Origin: Deinococcales bacterium | GTDB taxonomy: Bacteria; Deinococcota; Deinococci; Deinococcales; JAAFIG01 | Assembly: GCA_043778225.1 (NCBI GenBank) | Contig: JAYWGM010000101.1 | Coordinates: 64,001 to 128,000, forward strand | Direction: 5' to 3' | Length of the DNA stretch: 64,000 bases | Part shown: positions 28,018 to 38,554 of the stretch, piece after piece | Numbering within the stretch: position 1 is the first letter of the stretch | How the letters are laid out: every line of letters starts with the position of its first letter | Notes under the pieces: model-generated | What the model saw: the letters and a program-made list of their open reading frames with translations, nothing else | What the model was told of the DNA's origin: nothing | The model's database searches: none | Position numbers and translations under genes: made by a program

Positions 28018-30501
28018 TTAATCATCGGCTGCCACCAGTCTAGGACTCAGGTCAACGGTGTGTTGACCGCCCAGCCAACGAAGCTCGAGTAAATCCACAA
28101 TACTTGGGAACTCGAGTATCTGCGGGTCGTTGGGCATTAAATCGAGCATATTGTCAGAAATCTGGTCAGTCTCGAGCCAGACGGCTTTGACGGGCTTATC
28201 GGTACTGATTTTTAGGCGATGTTGGTCAAGGCGTTCAATTGAAATTTTGGCATTGGGAAATTGAAATTTAACATAAGGTTCTGGGAAAAAACTGTCTCGA
28301 GCAATCACTTTATTATTTTGCAGTAGGCGCACTTGAATAATTTGTGGCTCGAGCATAGGCGCTACCGTCCCCAACTCGGTGCTGGCATTGGCTGGCAGTT
28401 GCACAGGGCGGCTGGTGGTTTCTATGGCTTGACCTTGCAAATCAAAAACACGAATCTCTAAGGTGGCTTGGCAACCCAATAAACTGGTGTTACTGCCCCA
28501 AATTGCTCCATCTGACCAGAGGTTAATGGTAATCGCTTCTAAGGCGCGTTTGACCGTGTAATAGGCTGGTTTACAGCGCTGGCTCGAGTCTATAATTGCC
28601 CAACTGCTGACTTGCCAGCAATCGTTGAGTTGCCAAACCAATGCCCCACCACAGGCTCGAGTCCCCACATTTCCCCAAGCCCGCCGCCAAATTCGGTAGG
28701 CTGCATTTAAGGCTTCGGACTGCACAATTTGGGTTGCAAAGACAAAATCTTCTAACTTGTCCAGGTCAGAACGGATGTCGGAGGCGTATTTCTCGAGCCG
28801 CATCATCCCTTCTCCAGCCTTGATGTGGTGCAAAAAACTTGGACTGTGGGGTTGCCACGCCTCTTTGGGAATGACTTCGCGCAGGGTCTCAAGTCGGGGG
28901 GCTGCACCCATGCCAAACTCGGAGATAAAACGTCCGCCCAGACGTGCATATTCGCGGTATGGCGCGGCATCCCGTCCCCAGACTTCCCAGGTGTGGCGGT
29001 CGCCAATTGTCTGGTCGTCGGGGTCTTGCCCAAAGTATGGACTGCCAGCTTGATAATAGACATCTGGGCAAAACTCGAGCAGCGCTTTTGGTAAAATTTG
29101 TTCGTAAATTACTCGAGCGCCAAAGCCAGAATTGGCATCGGGGGCTGCCGCCATATTGTATAGCCCTAAGCCGTTGGCAAGTGGATAATCCTCGTTGTTG
29201 CCTGTCCAAATAATGATGCTCGGATGACTCCGCAAGCGCTTAACTTGATAAACCGCTTCTTCTTGGACACTTTCGAGAAAAGCTGGATGGGACGGATAAA
29301 TCCCGCAGCCAAACATAAAATCTTGCCAGACCAAAATACCCATTTGGTCGCAGAGGTCATAAAAAACTTTGTTTTCGTAAATCCCACCGCCCCAAATTCG
29401 CAGCATCGTCATGTTGGCATTTTTGGTGGCTTCGATTCGTGCCTTGTAACGTTCACCCGTGACTCGAGCCAACATCAGATCGTCGGGAATCCAATTTGCA
29501 CCATTGGTAAACATTGCTATGCCATTGATTTCAAAATAAAAACTTGTCCCGACTTGGTTTTCAATCGCTTCTTTGACGACCCGAACCTGACGAATCCCAA
29601 AAGTCTGTTCTTGGCTGTCTAAACATATCCCAGCCTGCTCGAGTGAAACCCGCAAGCGGTACAAAGGTTGCGTGCCAAGCGTATGTGGATACCAAAGTTC
29701 GGGTTGTAAAATCCAAAAGCGGTGTTTGAGCTTGCTACCAGCCGCCATGATGTGCTGCTCGAGCGCAATTCCATTGGGGTCGCAGAGGGTCAGCACCACT
29801 CTGGCTTCTTGGTACTGCCCGTGTAATTGCAAGTCAATGTCTATGGTACTTGTTTCGAGTGTTGCTTCGAGCTTAGGCTGAATATGGACTTCGGCAATTC
29901 GGGCATTGTACTGCTCGAGCCGAATTTCTTGCCAAATACCACTGTCCACCAATTTTGGACCCCAATCCCAAGAGTAGTGGTATTGGGCTTTACGCACGTG
30001 TAAGCGGCTTGGGTCGCCATTCCAGAGTGGTCGTGCGCCGCCATGGGCTTGCATTCGCTTTAAGCCCTCGAACCAAGCGCTCTTAAAATGAATCTCGAGG
30101 CGGTTTTTGGCTTTGAGTTGCACCGTAATTCGCTGCCCCAAAAACATATTTTCTGACTCGAGAATTAAATCGCCATTGAGGTAAACATCGGCAAAAGTGT
30201 CCAAGCCATCAAAACACAATTGGTTCTGCAAAAAACCCAGTTCGGCACTAAACTCGAGGCAATACAACCAGTCGCGCTCAGACACCCACTGCACCAGATT
30301 TTCGTTTTGGTCAAAATATGGGTCGGGGATTAAGCCATGCTCGAGTAAATTCTGATAGGTACTGCTTGGAACTTGGCAACTCAGCCAGCCATTGGGGTTA
30401 GCAAAATCTTCGAGCATCGAATGGCTGTTTTGGCGTTCCCGAAATAACCAGCCACTTGTTAAGGGTTGCTTTTGCAGCAACTCGAGTTTTGATATGGGCA
30501 T
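28018..30501 (-). CDS. GH2 beta-mannosidase
   Basis: FDGLDT, RKAQYHYSWDWGP, GANWIP, RIWGGG, WQDFMF, GNNE, SEFG, WQLND. Confidence 0.93.
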   Translation of the reverse strand: MPISKLELLQKQPLTSGWLFRERQNSHSMLEDFANPNGWLSCQVPSSTYQNLLEHGLIPDPYFDQNENLVQWVSERDWLYCLEFSAELGFLQNQLCFDGLDTFADVYLNGDLILESENMFLGQRITVQLKAKNRLEIHFKSAWFEGLKRMQAHGGARPLWNGDPSRLHVRKAQYHYSWDWGPKLVDSGIWQEIRLEQYNARIAEVHIQPKLEATLETSTIDIDLQLHGQYQEARVVLTLCDPNGIALEQHIMAAGSKLKHRFWILQPELWYPHTLGTQPLYRLRVSLEQAGICLDSQEQTFGIRQVRVVKEAIENQVGTSFYFEINGIAMFTNGANWIPDDLMLARVTGERYKARIEATKNANMTMLRIWGGGIYENKVFYDLCDQMGILVWQDFMFGCGIYPSHPAFLESVQEEAVYQVKRLRSHPSIIIWTGNNEDYPLANGLGLYNMAAAPDANSGFGARVIYEQILPKALLEFCPDVYYQAGSPYFGQDPDDQTIGDRHTWEVWGRDAAPYREYARLGGRFISEFGMGAAPRLETLREVIPKEAWQPHSPSFLHHIKAGEGMMRLEKYASDIRSDLDKLEDFVFATQIVQSEALNAAYRIWRRAWGNVGTRACGGALVWQLNDCWQVSSWAIIDSSQRCKPAYYTVKRALEAITINLWSDGAIWGSNTSLLGCQATLEIRVFDLQGQAIETTSRPVQLPANASTELGTVAPMLEPQIIQVRLLQNNKVIARDSFFPEPYVKFQFPNAKISIERLDQHRLKISTDKPVKAVWLETDQISDNMLDLMPNDPQILEFPSIVDLLELRWLGGQHTVDLSPRLVAADD

Positions 30502-30509
30502 AAAAACCT

Positions 30510-30526
30510 CTTTGTTTAGTAAAATT
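30510..30526 (-). promoter_or_regulatory. Candidate LacI-family operator, copy 1
   Basis: AATTTTACTAAACAAAG on the - strand, identical to 31831-31847; just downstream of a TTGACA-17-TACCGT promoter. Confidence 0.65.
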
Positions 30527-30695
30527 TATCAATACGGTAACATCTCGAGTCTGTACTGTCAACGCAAGCATGGGCTGTTAAGGTATTTGATGCCGTCATA
30601 AACAGTCTAAAACGCCACAAAAAGGAATCTGGCGAACAAGCCTTGAGCTTGCTTTACATTTGTATTTATCTAAAAAGTCTGCTAAGATTCGCCGC

Positions 30696-31688
30696 GTGAC
30701 CATGACCCTCAGCCGAAAAGTCACCATCCGTGAAGTTGCACAACACGCCAATGTCTCGATCGGTACAGTCTCGAGAGCCTTAAAGAACCAAAACGGGCTT
30801 TCGGACGATACTCGAGAAGAGATTTTGCGGGCGGCTCAAACACTTGGTTATGACACCGGAAATCTGCGCCAGACGCGCATTAAACGGCTTGGCTTTTTCA
30901 CTTGGCGAATGCCCGATTTACTGGTCAATCCTTTTTACTCGCCAGTCCTGCATGGGGTCGAAGATGCCTGTAGTGAACAAGAAATTGTGCTTTCCTATAC
31001 GGCTTTTAGACCGAGCGATAAAGTCTTAGAAATCATTCGCCGCCACGAAGTAGATGCGCTTTTGTGTGTTTCGTATTTTCAACCTAAATTGCTCGAGAAA
31101 ATTGCTTCGCTTGGGGTTCAAGTGCTGCTGGTCGATCATTTCCACCCAAGTTTAACCAGCGTCAATATTGACAACATCGGTGGTGCAAAAAAAGCCGTGC
31201 AGCATTTACTCGAGCTTGGCAGAAAACGCATTGCTTATGTCAATGGAATGAACCACCATTCGATTGTCGAACGCGCCCGAGGCTTTCGCCAAGCCCTATT
31301 TGAAGCGGGAATGCCCGCCGACCCAAGTCTCGAGGTCAACACCGACCCACATTTTGATATTGCCGAAGTCCAAAAAGCCACCGAGCAGCTATTGGCACTG
31401 GCTGTACCACCCGATGCGATTTTTGTCTTTAATGATAAATCTGCGCTGGTGGTACAACGGGTCTGTATTGAAGCAGGTTTTCGTGTGCCACAAGACATAG
31501 CAATTGTTGGCTTTGACGACATTGATGCGGCTTCACACGCTCGCCCAAGTTTAAGCACGGTTCGCGTCAGCAAAGAAGAATTGGGGCGCAGAGCCGTACA
31601 AATGCTGGTCAACCGCGAAGAAAACAGTTTGGTTGTTCCGGTTGAACTGATTGTGCGCGGTAGCAGTTTAGCTAAAAAACAAAAATAA
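30696..31688 (+). CDS. LacI-family transcriptional regulator
   Basis: TIREVAQHANVSIGTVSRAL HTH; IAIVGFDD; start 30696 or 30702. Confidence 0.93.
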   Translation: MTMTLSRKVTIREVAQHANVSIGTVSRALKNQNGLSDDTREEILRAAQTLGYDTGNLRQTRIKRLGFFTWRMPDLLVNPFYSPVLHGVEDACSEQEIVLSYTAFRPSDKVLEIIRRHEVDALLCVSYFQPKLLEKIASLGVQVLLVDHFHPSLTSVNIDNIGGAKKAVQHLLELGRKRIAYVNGMNHHSIVERARGFRQALFEAGMPADPSLEVNTDPHFDIAEVQKATEQLLALAVPPDAIFVFNDKSALVVQRVCIEAGFRVPQDIAIVGFDDIDAASHARPSLSTVRVSKEELGRRAVQMLVNREENSLVVPVELIVRGSSLAKKQK

Positions 31689-31742
31689 TTGCGTTTTGTT
31701 TATCAAACACCTGCCTAAAAATAGTGGGTAAGCGTCTTATTT

Positions 31743-31777
31743 TATAGAAAAATGCTTTCTAAAAGCATTTTTCTATA
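31743..31777. terminator. Long AT-rich hairpin after the regulator
   Basis: tatagaaaaatgcttt-cta-aaagcatttttctata. Confidence 0.6.
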
Positions 31778-31791
31778 CCTTTAAGACCCTC

Positions 31792-31847
31792 TTGACAGAC
31801 GCAACAGACTGTATTACCATATGTCTGTTCAATTTTACTAAACAAAG
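31792..31847 (+). promoter_or_regulatory. Sigma70-type promoter plus operator copy 2
   Basis: TTGACA(31792)-17nt-TACCAT, followed by AATTTTACTAAACAAAG. Confidence 0.7.
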
Positions 31848-31915
31848 TAGAACGCTTCGAGAAAAACTCGAGCGGCTGGCAACGTCCAGTTCTCGAGCGT
31901 TACAGAGGAGAGGTC

Positions 31916-33268
31916 ATGAAGAATTTGCGGTTATTGGCAGCATTTGGCATCGGTGCGCTGGCGGTTGGGGCAATGTTTGCTTCGGCGCAGACAGGTCGTA
32001 CCAAGGTCACTTGGTTTGTGGGTGTAGGAACGGGTGGTCAACCCGACCAAATCGAAGCCGAAAAAGCGGCGGTGGCTCGTTATAACAAAGCCCAAGACAA
32101 AATCGAAATCAACCTCGAGATTGTCGAATACAACTCGGCTCGAGATAACCTCTCGGCGCGGATTGCCGCTGGCAACGCCCCAGACATTGTTGGACCAGTC
32201 GGTACACAAGGCGCAAACTGGTTCAAAGGACAATTTGTTGACCTCGACCCTTATGTCGCTAAATTTAAGCCAGACCTCAAAGGCATTGATGAAGGGCTGC
32301 TTAAATTCTACAAGGAATCACAGGGCGGCGAAGGTCTGCCTTACGCAGTTTACCCAAGTTTCTTCTTTTACAACAAAGCCCTCTTTAAGGAATCAAAACT
32401 GCCAGACTTGCCAACCAAAGTTGGCGAAAAATACCGTGGTCGCACTTGGGATTGGAATGCCGTTCGTCAGCTAGGGATGGAACTGACTTTTGACAGCAAA
32501 GGCAACAGCGCTGTTTCAAAAGACTTTGATTCTAAAAGCATCGAGACTTACGGCTTTGTCAACCAATGGAACTTAGGTATTACCTCGATGGGAACCGCCT
32601 TTAAGCCAGCCAATGTCTTCCAGAACGGCAAAGCTGTAATCGATCCAGAATGGGTCAATGCGATTCGCTACTACCACAACGCCATCTGGAAAGATAAATT
32701 CATGCCAAGCCAAGCTGCCATGGACACCGATTTACTCGGACGCGGCAATGCCTTTAACTCTGGTAACGTCGCCATGGCTTGGACACACCTCTGGTACACC
32801 TGCTGCTTAGACCCAGCTGGAACAGGCAAAGTCAAAGATTGGGGCGTTGGTGTGATGCCAAGCTACAAAGGCAAGACCATCGCTAAACTCCATGCCGATA
32901 CCTTCCGCATCATGAAAGGCAGCAAAGTTAAAGAAGAAGCCTTCCAAGCAATGTGGTGGATTATGAACCAAAAAGACCTCTTGGTGACTTATGGTGCTTT
33001 CCCAGCCAACGAGAATCTCCAAGACGATTACATCGCCGCCGTCAACAAAAAGTATGCCCCTGTTAAAATCAACTGGAATGTTGTTAAAGATATGCTCAAG
33101 TACACCGACACCCCAAGCCACGAACAGTATTACCCTAACTTCACTAAAGTGGACGACATCTTTGCAAAACTTGCCACCAAAGTGCTGACCCAACCGACCT
33201 TAAATATCTCCAAAGAAGTCTCGGATACGCAAAAAGAAATCCAACGCGCTTTTGACGAAAAGAAATAA
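31916..33268 (+). CDS. Carbohydrate ABC transporter solute-binding protein
   Basis: Signal peptide, IAAGNAPDI, GLPY...FFYNKALF, WDW motifs; strong RBS. Confidence 0.9.
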   Translation: MKNLRLLAAFGIGALAVGAMFASAQTGRTKVTWFVGVGTGGQPDQIEAEKAAVARYNKAQDKIEINLEIVEYNSARDNLSARIAAGNAPDIVGPVGTQGANWFKGQFVDLDPYVAKFKPDLKGIDEGLLKFYKESQGGEGLPYAVYPSFFFYNKALFKESKLPDLPTKVGEKYRGRTWDWNAVRQLGMELTFDSKGNSAVSKDFDSKSIETYGFVNQWNLGITSMGTAFKPANVFQNGKAVIDPEWVNAIRYYHNAIWKDKFMPSQAAMDTDLLGRGNAFNSGNVAMAWTHLWYTCCLDPAGTGKVKDWGVGVMPSYKGKTIAKLHADTFRIMKGSKVKEEAFQAMWWIMNQKDLLVTYGAFPANENLQDDYIAAVNKKYAPVKINWNVVKDMLKYTDTPSHEQYYPNFTKVDDIFAKLATKVLTQPTLNISKEVSDTQKEIQRAFDEKK

Positions 33269-33346
33269 CCTTCTCGCGCCTTTCTTCCTCCTCCGCCTCC
33301 GCGCTTTTAAGAGCGCGGAGGTCAATTCAAAAAATAGGACACCTGT

Positions 33347-34276
33347 ATGCTACTCAGTCAAAAAACAAAAAAACCTATCGGTATTGAACGCACTGACCAG
33401 CGTTGGGGTTGGCTTTTCTTAACACCTTGGCTGCTTGGCTTGCTGCTTTTTACAGCATTTCCAATGCTGTTTTCTTTATTTTTAGCCTTTACCAATTATA
33501 ATCTAGTGCCAGACGAACCAACCCGCTTTGTCGGCTTCAAAAACTGGGTGGTGATGGTTCAAGACCCACAAATGCAGAGTGCCTTTTTGAACACCCTCAA
33601 ATATATTGCCATTGTTGTGCCACTTTTAATCGTCAGCCCCTTGGTTTTAGCCTTGTTTTTGAATGCCAAACCACTTTGGCTTAAAGGTTTATTTATCACT
33701 CTATTTTTTCTACCCAACCTCATTCCGGGCGTGGTCACTGGTTTAATTTGGGCGGGTTCACTTTCACCAGATGGCACAGTCAATCGTTTCCTCAAAGGCT
33801 TTGGAATTACCCCGCCAGCTTGGTTGACCGAAGCGGCTTGGGTCATGCCAGCCATTGCAATTATTGGCTTATGGAGCATTGGTAACACCATTTTACAACT
33901 GATTGCCGCCTTAAAAAATGCCCCCAAAGAACTCTTTGAAGCCGCCACCATAGACGGGGCAAGTTCACTGACGATGTTTTTTAGAATCACCATTCCACTG
34001 ATGTCCTCGGTGCTGTTTTTTAATGTGATTACCGCCATTATTGGTGGCTTTCAGTATTTTGTGGTCAGTTTTTTACTTTTTAATGGTCAGGGCGGTCCAA
34101 ATGACGCGGGTATGTTTTTAATGCTGAAAATTTTTAAGGAAGCGATTACTTACCGCAACATGGGCTATGCCTCGGCAATGTCTTGGGCAATGCTGCTGAT
34201 TACTTTGTTGATTACCCAAGTGCTGTTTGCCATGGGTAAACGGTTTGTCTATTACGCTGGAGAGGAGCAAAAATGA
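33347..34276 (+). CDS. Carbohydrate ABC permease (MalF-like)
   Basis: EAATIDGA...FFRITIP, MGYASA. Confidence 0.92.
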   Translation: MLLSQKTKKPIGIERTDQRWGWLFLTPWLLGLLLFTAFPMLFSLFLAFTNYNLVPDEPTRFVGFKNWVVMVQDPQMQSAFLNTLKYIAIVVPLLIVSPLVLALFLNAKPLWLKGLFITLFFLPNLIPGVVTGLIWAGSLSPDGTVNRFLKGFGITPPAWLTEAAWVMPAIAIIGLWSIGNTILQLIAALKNAPKELFEAATIDGASSLTMFFRITIPLMSSVLFFNVITAIIGGFQYFVVSFLLFNGQGGPNDAGMFLMLKIFKEAITYRNMGYASAMSWAMLLITLLITQVLFAMGKRFVYYAGEEQK

Positions 34277-35352
34277 GTCTGGTTTTACCAAAAGTAAGTG
34301 TCCAAAGTGTTCAACGTGAAAATCAAAGGGCTTGGCGCTCGAGAATCGCGTCTTTGTTGATTACGATTTTGATTGCTTGGGTGGCATGGGTTTTTTTAAC
34401 GCCTTTTTATGAACAAATCAATGCCAGTTTTGGCGCACCATCTCGAGAACCCGGACAACCCTTTGGTCCTTATGTCGGTCAAGTTTTTAAGTACCAAGAC
34501 CAAGACCTAAAAATCTATAAAGTGCCAATCAATGGGGCTGTACAGCAATTGGCGTTGCTCGAGCCGGGGCGCAGTAGCAGTGTTTTTATTGACCCAAAAG
34601 ACCCAAGTGTTCCCATTACTTACGAAGGTTCATACCGTGCTTTAGAACGTTTGTGGACATTCAGTCCGCGTTTTGCCAATTATGCCGAAGCCTGGGATAA
34701 ATTACCCGGTGGGTTCTTTCGGGGTTTAAGCAACACCTTTATTATTGCTGGTTTAAGCACCTTGGGGGTTTTAATCAGCAGCACTTTTACGGCTTATGGG
34801 CTGGCTCGTTTCAATATGCCACACAAAGATTTCTTGCTCGGCTTGGTGACTTTAACACTGATGCTACCAACGGTCGTTTTATTTGTGCCACAGTATATTC
34901 TCTACTTTAAGATCGGCTGGGTTGGCACATGGCTACCGCTCATCGTACCATCGTTTTTTGGTAATGCTTACAGTATTTTTTTGCTGCGTCAGTTCTTCTT
35001 AGCCATTCCCAAAGAATTTGACGAAGCCGCCAAAGTGGACGGGGCAAACCCGTTGCAAATACTTTGGTTTATCTTGCTACCGCTTATTCGCCCTGCTTTA
35101 ATTGCAGTCGCTATTCTTAACTTTATTCTTGTCTGGAACGATTTTTTCTATCCAACGCTGTACTTGGCTGGAAAAACCGACCTGATGCCTTTATCGGTCT
35201 TAATTCGGATGTTTAGCTCGAGTTACGGCAGCAGCACCCCACATCTGATTTCGGCAGCCGCAATCATTGCCACGATTGTACCGATGGTCTTATTTTTAGT
35301 CGCTCAACGCCCTTTTATTCGTGCCATCACGATGCCGGGGTTGGACAAATGA
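34273..35352 (+). CDS. Carbohydrate ABC permease (MalG-like)
   Basis: LLRQFF.IPKEFDEAAKVDGA, WNDF..P. Confidence 0.92.
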   Translation: MSLVLPKVSVQSVQRENQRAWRSRIASLLITILIAWVAWVFLTPFYEQINASFGAPSREPGQPFGPYVGQVFKYQDQDLKIYKVPINGAVQQLALLEPGRSSSVFIDPKDPSVPITYEGSYRALERLWTFSPRFANYAEAWDKLPGGFFRGLSNTFIIAGLSTLGVLISSTFTAYGLARFNMPHKDFLLGLVTLTLMLPTVVLFVPQYILYFKIGWVGTWLPLIVPSFFGNAYSIFLLRQFFLAIPKEFDEAAKVDGANPLQILWFILLPLIRPALIAVAILNFILVWNDFFYPTLYLAGKTDLMPLSVLIRMFSSSYGSSTPHLISAAAIIATIVPMVLFLVAQRPFIRAITMPGLDK

Positions 35353-36368
35353 AACATCACTTAAAACAGTACATTCTTGGCAGCCTCTTACTTATTACCT
35401 TCACAGGAATCACCATGACCCAAGCACAAGACAAGCCTCGAGATATTTTTGCCGTCAATAAAACCCTTGCTCGGACGATCAATTTTGGTAATGCCTTAGA
35501 AGCCCCAAGCGAAGGGGCGTGGGGTCTAAAGCTCGAGGAACGTTTTTTTGATTTGGCAAAACAAGGTGGCTTTACCGCCATTCGTTTACCTGTCAAATTT
35601 AGTGCTTATGCTGCCGAAACTGCACCATTTAAGCTCAGGCGTGAATTGATGTTGCGGGTAGATTGGGCGATTCAAAATGCCAAAAAACGTGGTCTGAGCA
35701 TTATTTTAGACCTGCACCATTACGACGAGCTGATGCAAAAACCAAGTGAACATTTAGAGCGCTGGCTTGGAATTTGGCAACAAATTGCCGAGCGTTACAA
35801 AAATCAGCCCGACACGGTTATTTTTGAGCCTTGCAATGAACCGCACGAAAAAATCGAACCCTATTGGAATGATTACTTTGCCAAAGTGCTGACCGTCATT
35901 CGTGCCACCAACCCAACTCGAGCCGTGATTGTTGGCGGCAATGGCTGGAACAACGCCGACCGCTTAAAAGAACTGGTGTTGCCAGAGGACTCCAACCTGA
36001 TTGTGACTTTTCATAATTACAATCCGTTTCCGTTTACGCACCAAGGTGCAGAATGGTGGGCAGATGGCTATAAACACCTTGGGACACTCTGGAAAGGTAC
36101 ACCCGACGAGCAAGCCAATGTGATTCAACACATCAAACTTGGTGTGGATTATGCCCAGAGCCTTGGCAAACCACTTTTTATGGGTGAATTTGGCGCGTAC
36201 AACAAAGCCGACGCGGCATCGCGGGTGCGTTGGACAAAATTTACTCGAGCAACCATCGAAGCAAGTGGCGCAAGCTGGGGTTATTGGGAATTTGCCTCTG
36301 GTTTTGGGGTCTACGACAACCTGATGAAACGCTGGCGCAAAGATTTACTCGATGCCCTGACCAAATAA
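35349..36368 (+). CDS. GH5 endoglucanase/mannanase
   Basis: NFGNALEAP.EG.WG, DLHHY, NEP acid/base, GEFG nucleophile. Confidence 0.92.
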   Translation: MKHHLKQYILGSLLLITFTGITMTQAQDKPRDIFAVNKTLARTINFGNALEAPSEGAWGLKLEERFFDLAKQGGFTAIRLPVKFSAYAAETAPFKLRRELMLRVDWAIQNAKKRGLSIILDLHHYDELMQKPSEHLERWLGIWQQIAERYKNQPDTVIFEPCNEPHEKIEPYWNDYFAKVLTVIRATNPTRAVIVGGNGWNNADRLKELVLPEDSNLIVTFHNYNPFPFTHQGAEWWADGYKHLGTLWKGTPDEQANVIQHIKLGVDYAQSLGKPLFMGEFGAYNKADAASRVRWTKFTRATIEASGASWGYWEFASGFGVYDNLMKRWRKDLLDALTK

Positions 36369-36378
36369 GGAAAAACAC

Positions 36379-37713
36379 ATGACTTTACATCGTTCACAAT
36401 TTCCAGACCATTTTCGTTTTGGAGCCGCCACCTCGAGTTACCAAATCGAAGGCGCAGCCAGCACCGACGGGCGCAGCCCAAGCATCTGGGATACATTTTC
36501 GCACACCAGCGGACGCACCAAAAATGGAGACACCGGCGATGTGGCTTGTGACCATTATCACCGTTATCTCGAGGATGCTAACGTGATGCAGCAAATGGGC
36601 TTAAACAGTTACCGATTTAGCACCAGTTGGTCGCGGGTTTTACCAAAAGGCAGAGGGCAAATTAACCAAGCGGGTATGGATTATTACTCGAGGTTGGTAG
36701 ATTCTTTACTCGAGCGTGGCATCGAGCCGTGGCTGACGCTCTACCACTGGGATTTACCACAGGTTCTCGAAGACCAAGGCGGTTGGGGGTCTCGAGACAC
36801 GGCTTTTGCTTTTGCCGAGTATGCCCAAACGATGGCAGACCATTTGGGCGACCGTGTAAAAAATTGGTTTACCCACAATGAGCCTTGGTGTACAGCCTTT
36901 CTTGGACATCAAATCGGGATGTTTGCACCCGGTAAAAAAGACCAAGCCTTGGCTTTACAAGTCGCGCACCACCTGATGTTATCGCATGGACTGGCAATTC
37001 CAGCTTTACGCTCGAGCCAAAGTAAAGTTGGGGCTGCCTTAAACCTCTGGACGGTTCACCCAGCCAGTTCAAGCCAAGCCGATGCAGTCGCCGCCCATCG
37101 TTACGATGGTTTCTCGAATCGCTGGTTTTTAGACCCCTTGTATGGGCGCGGCTACCCTGCCGATATGCTCGAGTGGTACGGCGATAAAGCCCCCAAAGTC
37201 GAAGCAGATGATATGGCGATAATTGCCACACCGACCGATTTTTTGGGGATTAATTACTATATTCGTATGGTCGTGGCTGCCGACCCAAACGACACCCAGC
37301 TTGGTCGAAAAATTATTTTGCCAACAAGCAGCGAGTACACCGATTTTGATTGGGAAGTCTACCCCGATGGTCTGCGTGAATGCCTCGAGCGGGTGCAAAA
37401 CGAGTACAACCCCAAAGCCATGTACATTACCGAAAATGGGGCGTGTTACGACGACGACATCAATGCCGATGGCATTATCCCAGATACCAAACGTCAGCGT
37501 TATCTCGAGCAGCACCTCGAAGCCACCCGCCAAGCTCGAGCCAATGGTGCAAAACTCGAAGGTTATTTTGCTTGGAGTCTGCTCGATAATTTTGAATGGG
37601 CAGAAGGCTACAGCCGCAGATTTGGTTTGGTACACGTTGATTTTACCACCCAAAAACGCACCCTCAAGCAGTCCGCCCATTGGTACAAGCAGTTTTTACA
37701 AGGAAACGCATGA
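36379..37713 (+). CDS. GH1 beta-glucosidase
   Basis: ATSSYQIEG, TLYHWDLP, NEP, ITENG, WSLLDNFEW. Confidence 0.95.
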   Translation: MTLHRSQFPDHFRFGAATSSYQIEGAASTDGRSPSIWDTFSHTSGRTKNGDTGDVACDHYHRYLEDANVMQQMGLNSYRFSTSWSRVLPKGRGQINQAGMDYYSRLVDSLLERGIEPWLTLYHWDLPQVLEDQGGWGSRDTAFAFAEYAQTMADHLGDRVKNWFTHNEPWCTAFLGHQIGMFAPGKKDQALALQVAHHLMLSHGLAIPALRSSQSKVGAALNLWTVHPASSSQADAVAAHRYDGFSNRWFLDPLYGRGYPADMLEWYGDKAPKVEADDMAIIATPTDFLGINYYIRMVVAADPNDTQLGRKIILPTSSEYTDFDWEVYPDGLRECLERVQNEYNPKAMYITENGACYDDDINADGIIPDTKRQRYLEQHLEATRQARANGAKLEGYFAWSLLDNFEWAEGYSRRFGLVHVDFTTQKRTLKQSAHWYKQFLQGNA

Positions 37714-37764
37714 ACCTTTGGTGCAAGGAGACGCATGAACCTTTGGTGCAAGGAGACGCATGAA
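37699..37764 (+). repeat. Tandem repeat, 25-bp period, containing RBS plus ATGA
   Basis: caagga(a/g)acgcATGAacctttggtg; ATG at 37710, 37735, 37760. Confidence 0.95.
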
Positions 37765-38554
37765 TCTTTCGTTTATCACGGCTAATTTTGTGGCTCGAGA
37801 ACTCGAGTACAACATGACCCAAGGCTGGATGCAAGGCGACAGCGCCACCCAAGAGTTTTTTAAGCCGATTAAAACCTTTGAGGGGCGTTTTATCGCCATG
37901 CTTGAAGAAATTACAGCCATGGGGTTTAGCAATCTCGACCTTTGGGGAGCGCACCTCCACCCAGATTGGGCAACTGCCGAACACTTGCAATTGGCTCGAG
38001 ATGCCTTGCACAACCAGCAAATCAGCGTCAGTAGCCTCGCTGCTTGGTGCGGTGATTTGGATACTTTAGCGGGTTTTAGCCGAGTTGCCAATGGCATTGG
38101 TGCAAAAATAATTGCTGGCGGTATGCCCGTGCTGCACCAGACTCGAGCCGAAGCGCTGATGATTTTACAAGACGCTGGTGTCAAAATTGCGATCGAAAAC
38201 CACCCAGAAAAAAATGCACAAGAAATCCTTATGCAGATTGGCGCAGACAGCCACTTGGTTGGCGCAGCCCCAGATACAGGCTGGTGGGGAACACAAGGCA
38301 TGGACAGCCCAACTGCGCTGCGTGAGCTTGGGCGGCATATGCTGACTGTACATTTTAAGGATGTAAAAGAGGTGGGTTCACACCACACCTGTCGTTTTGG
38401 CGATGGCATTGTTGACCTAGAAAATAGCTTGGCAACACTTAAAGAGATTGGTTATAACGGCGTTATTGGCATCGAACACGAACCAGAAACACACAACCCA
38501 ACGGATGACATTTTGTACAGCAAAAACCGACTCGAGACTTGGAGCAATCTATGA
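37760..38554 (+). CDS. Sugar-phosphate isomerase/epimerase (xylose-isomerase-like TIM barrel)
   Basis: IENH, DTGW, HFKD, IEHE metal ligands. Confidence 0.85.
   Translation: MNLSFITANFVARELEYNMTQGWMQGDSATQEFFKPIKTFEGRFIAMLEEITAMGFSNLDLWGAHLHPDWATAEHLQLARDALHNQQISVSSLAAWCGDLDTLAGFSRVANGIGAKIIAGGMPVLHQTRAEALMILQDAGVKIAIENHPEKNAQEILMQIGADSHLVGAAPDTGWWGTQGMDSPTALRELGRHMLTVHFKDVKEVGSHHTCRFGDGIVDLENSLATLKEIGYNGVIGIEHEPETHNPTDDILYSKNRLETWSNL

Noticed and set aside
37696..38409. Long antisense ORFs (also 47625-48290, 49752-50501 and similar)
   Set aside because: They are shadow frames of well-supported genes and show no recognisable motifs.
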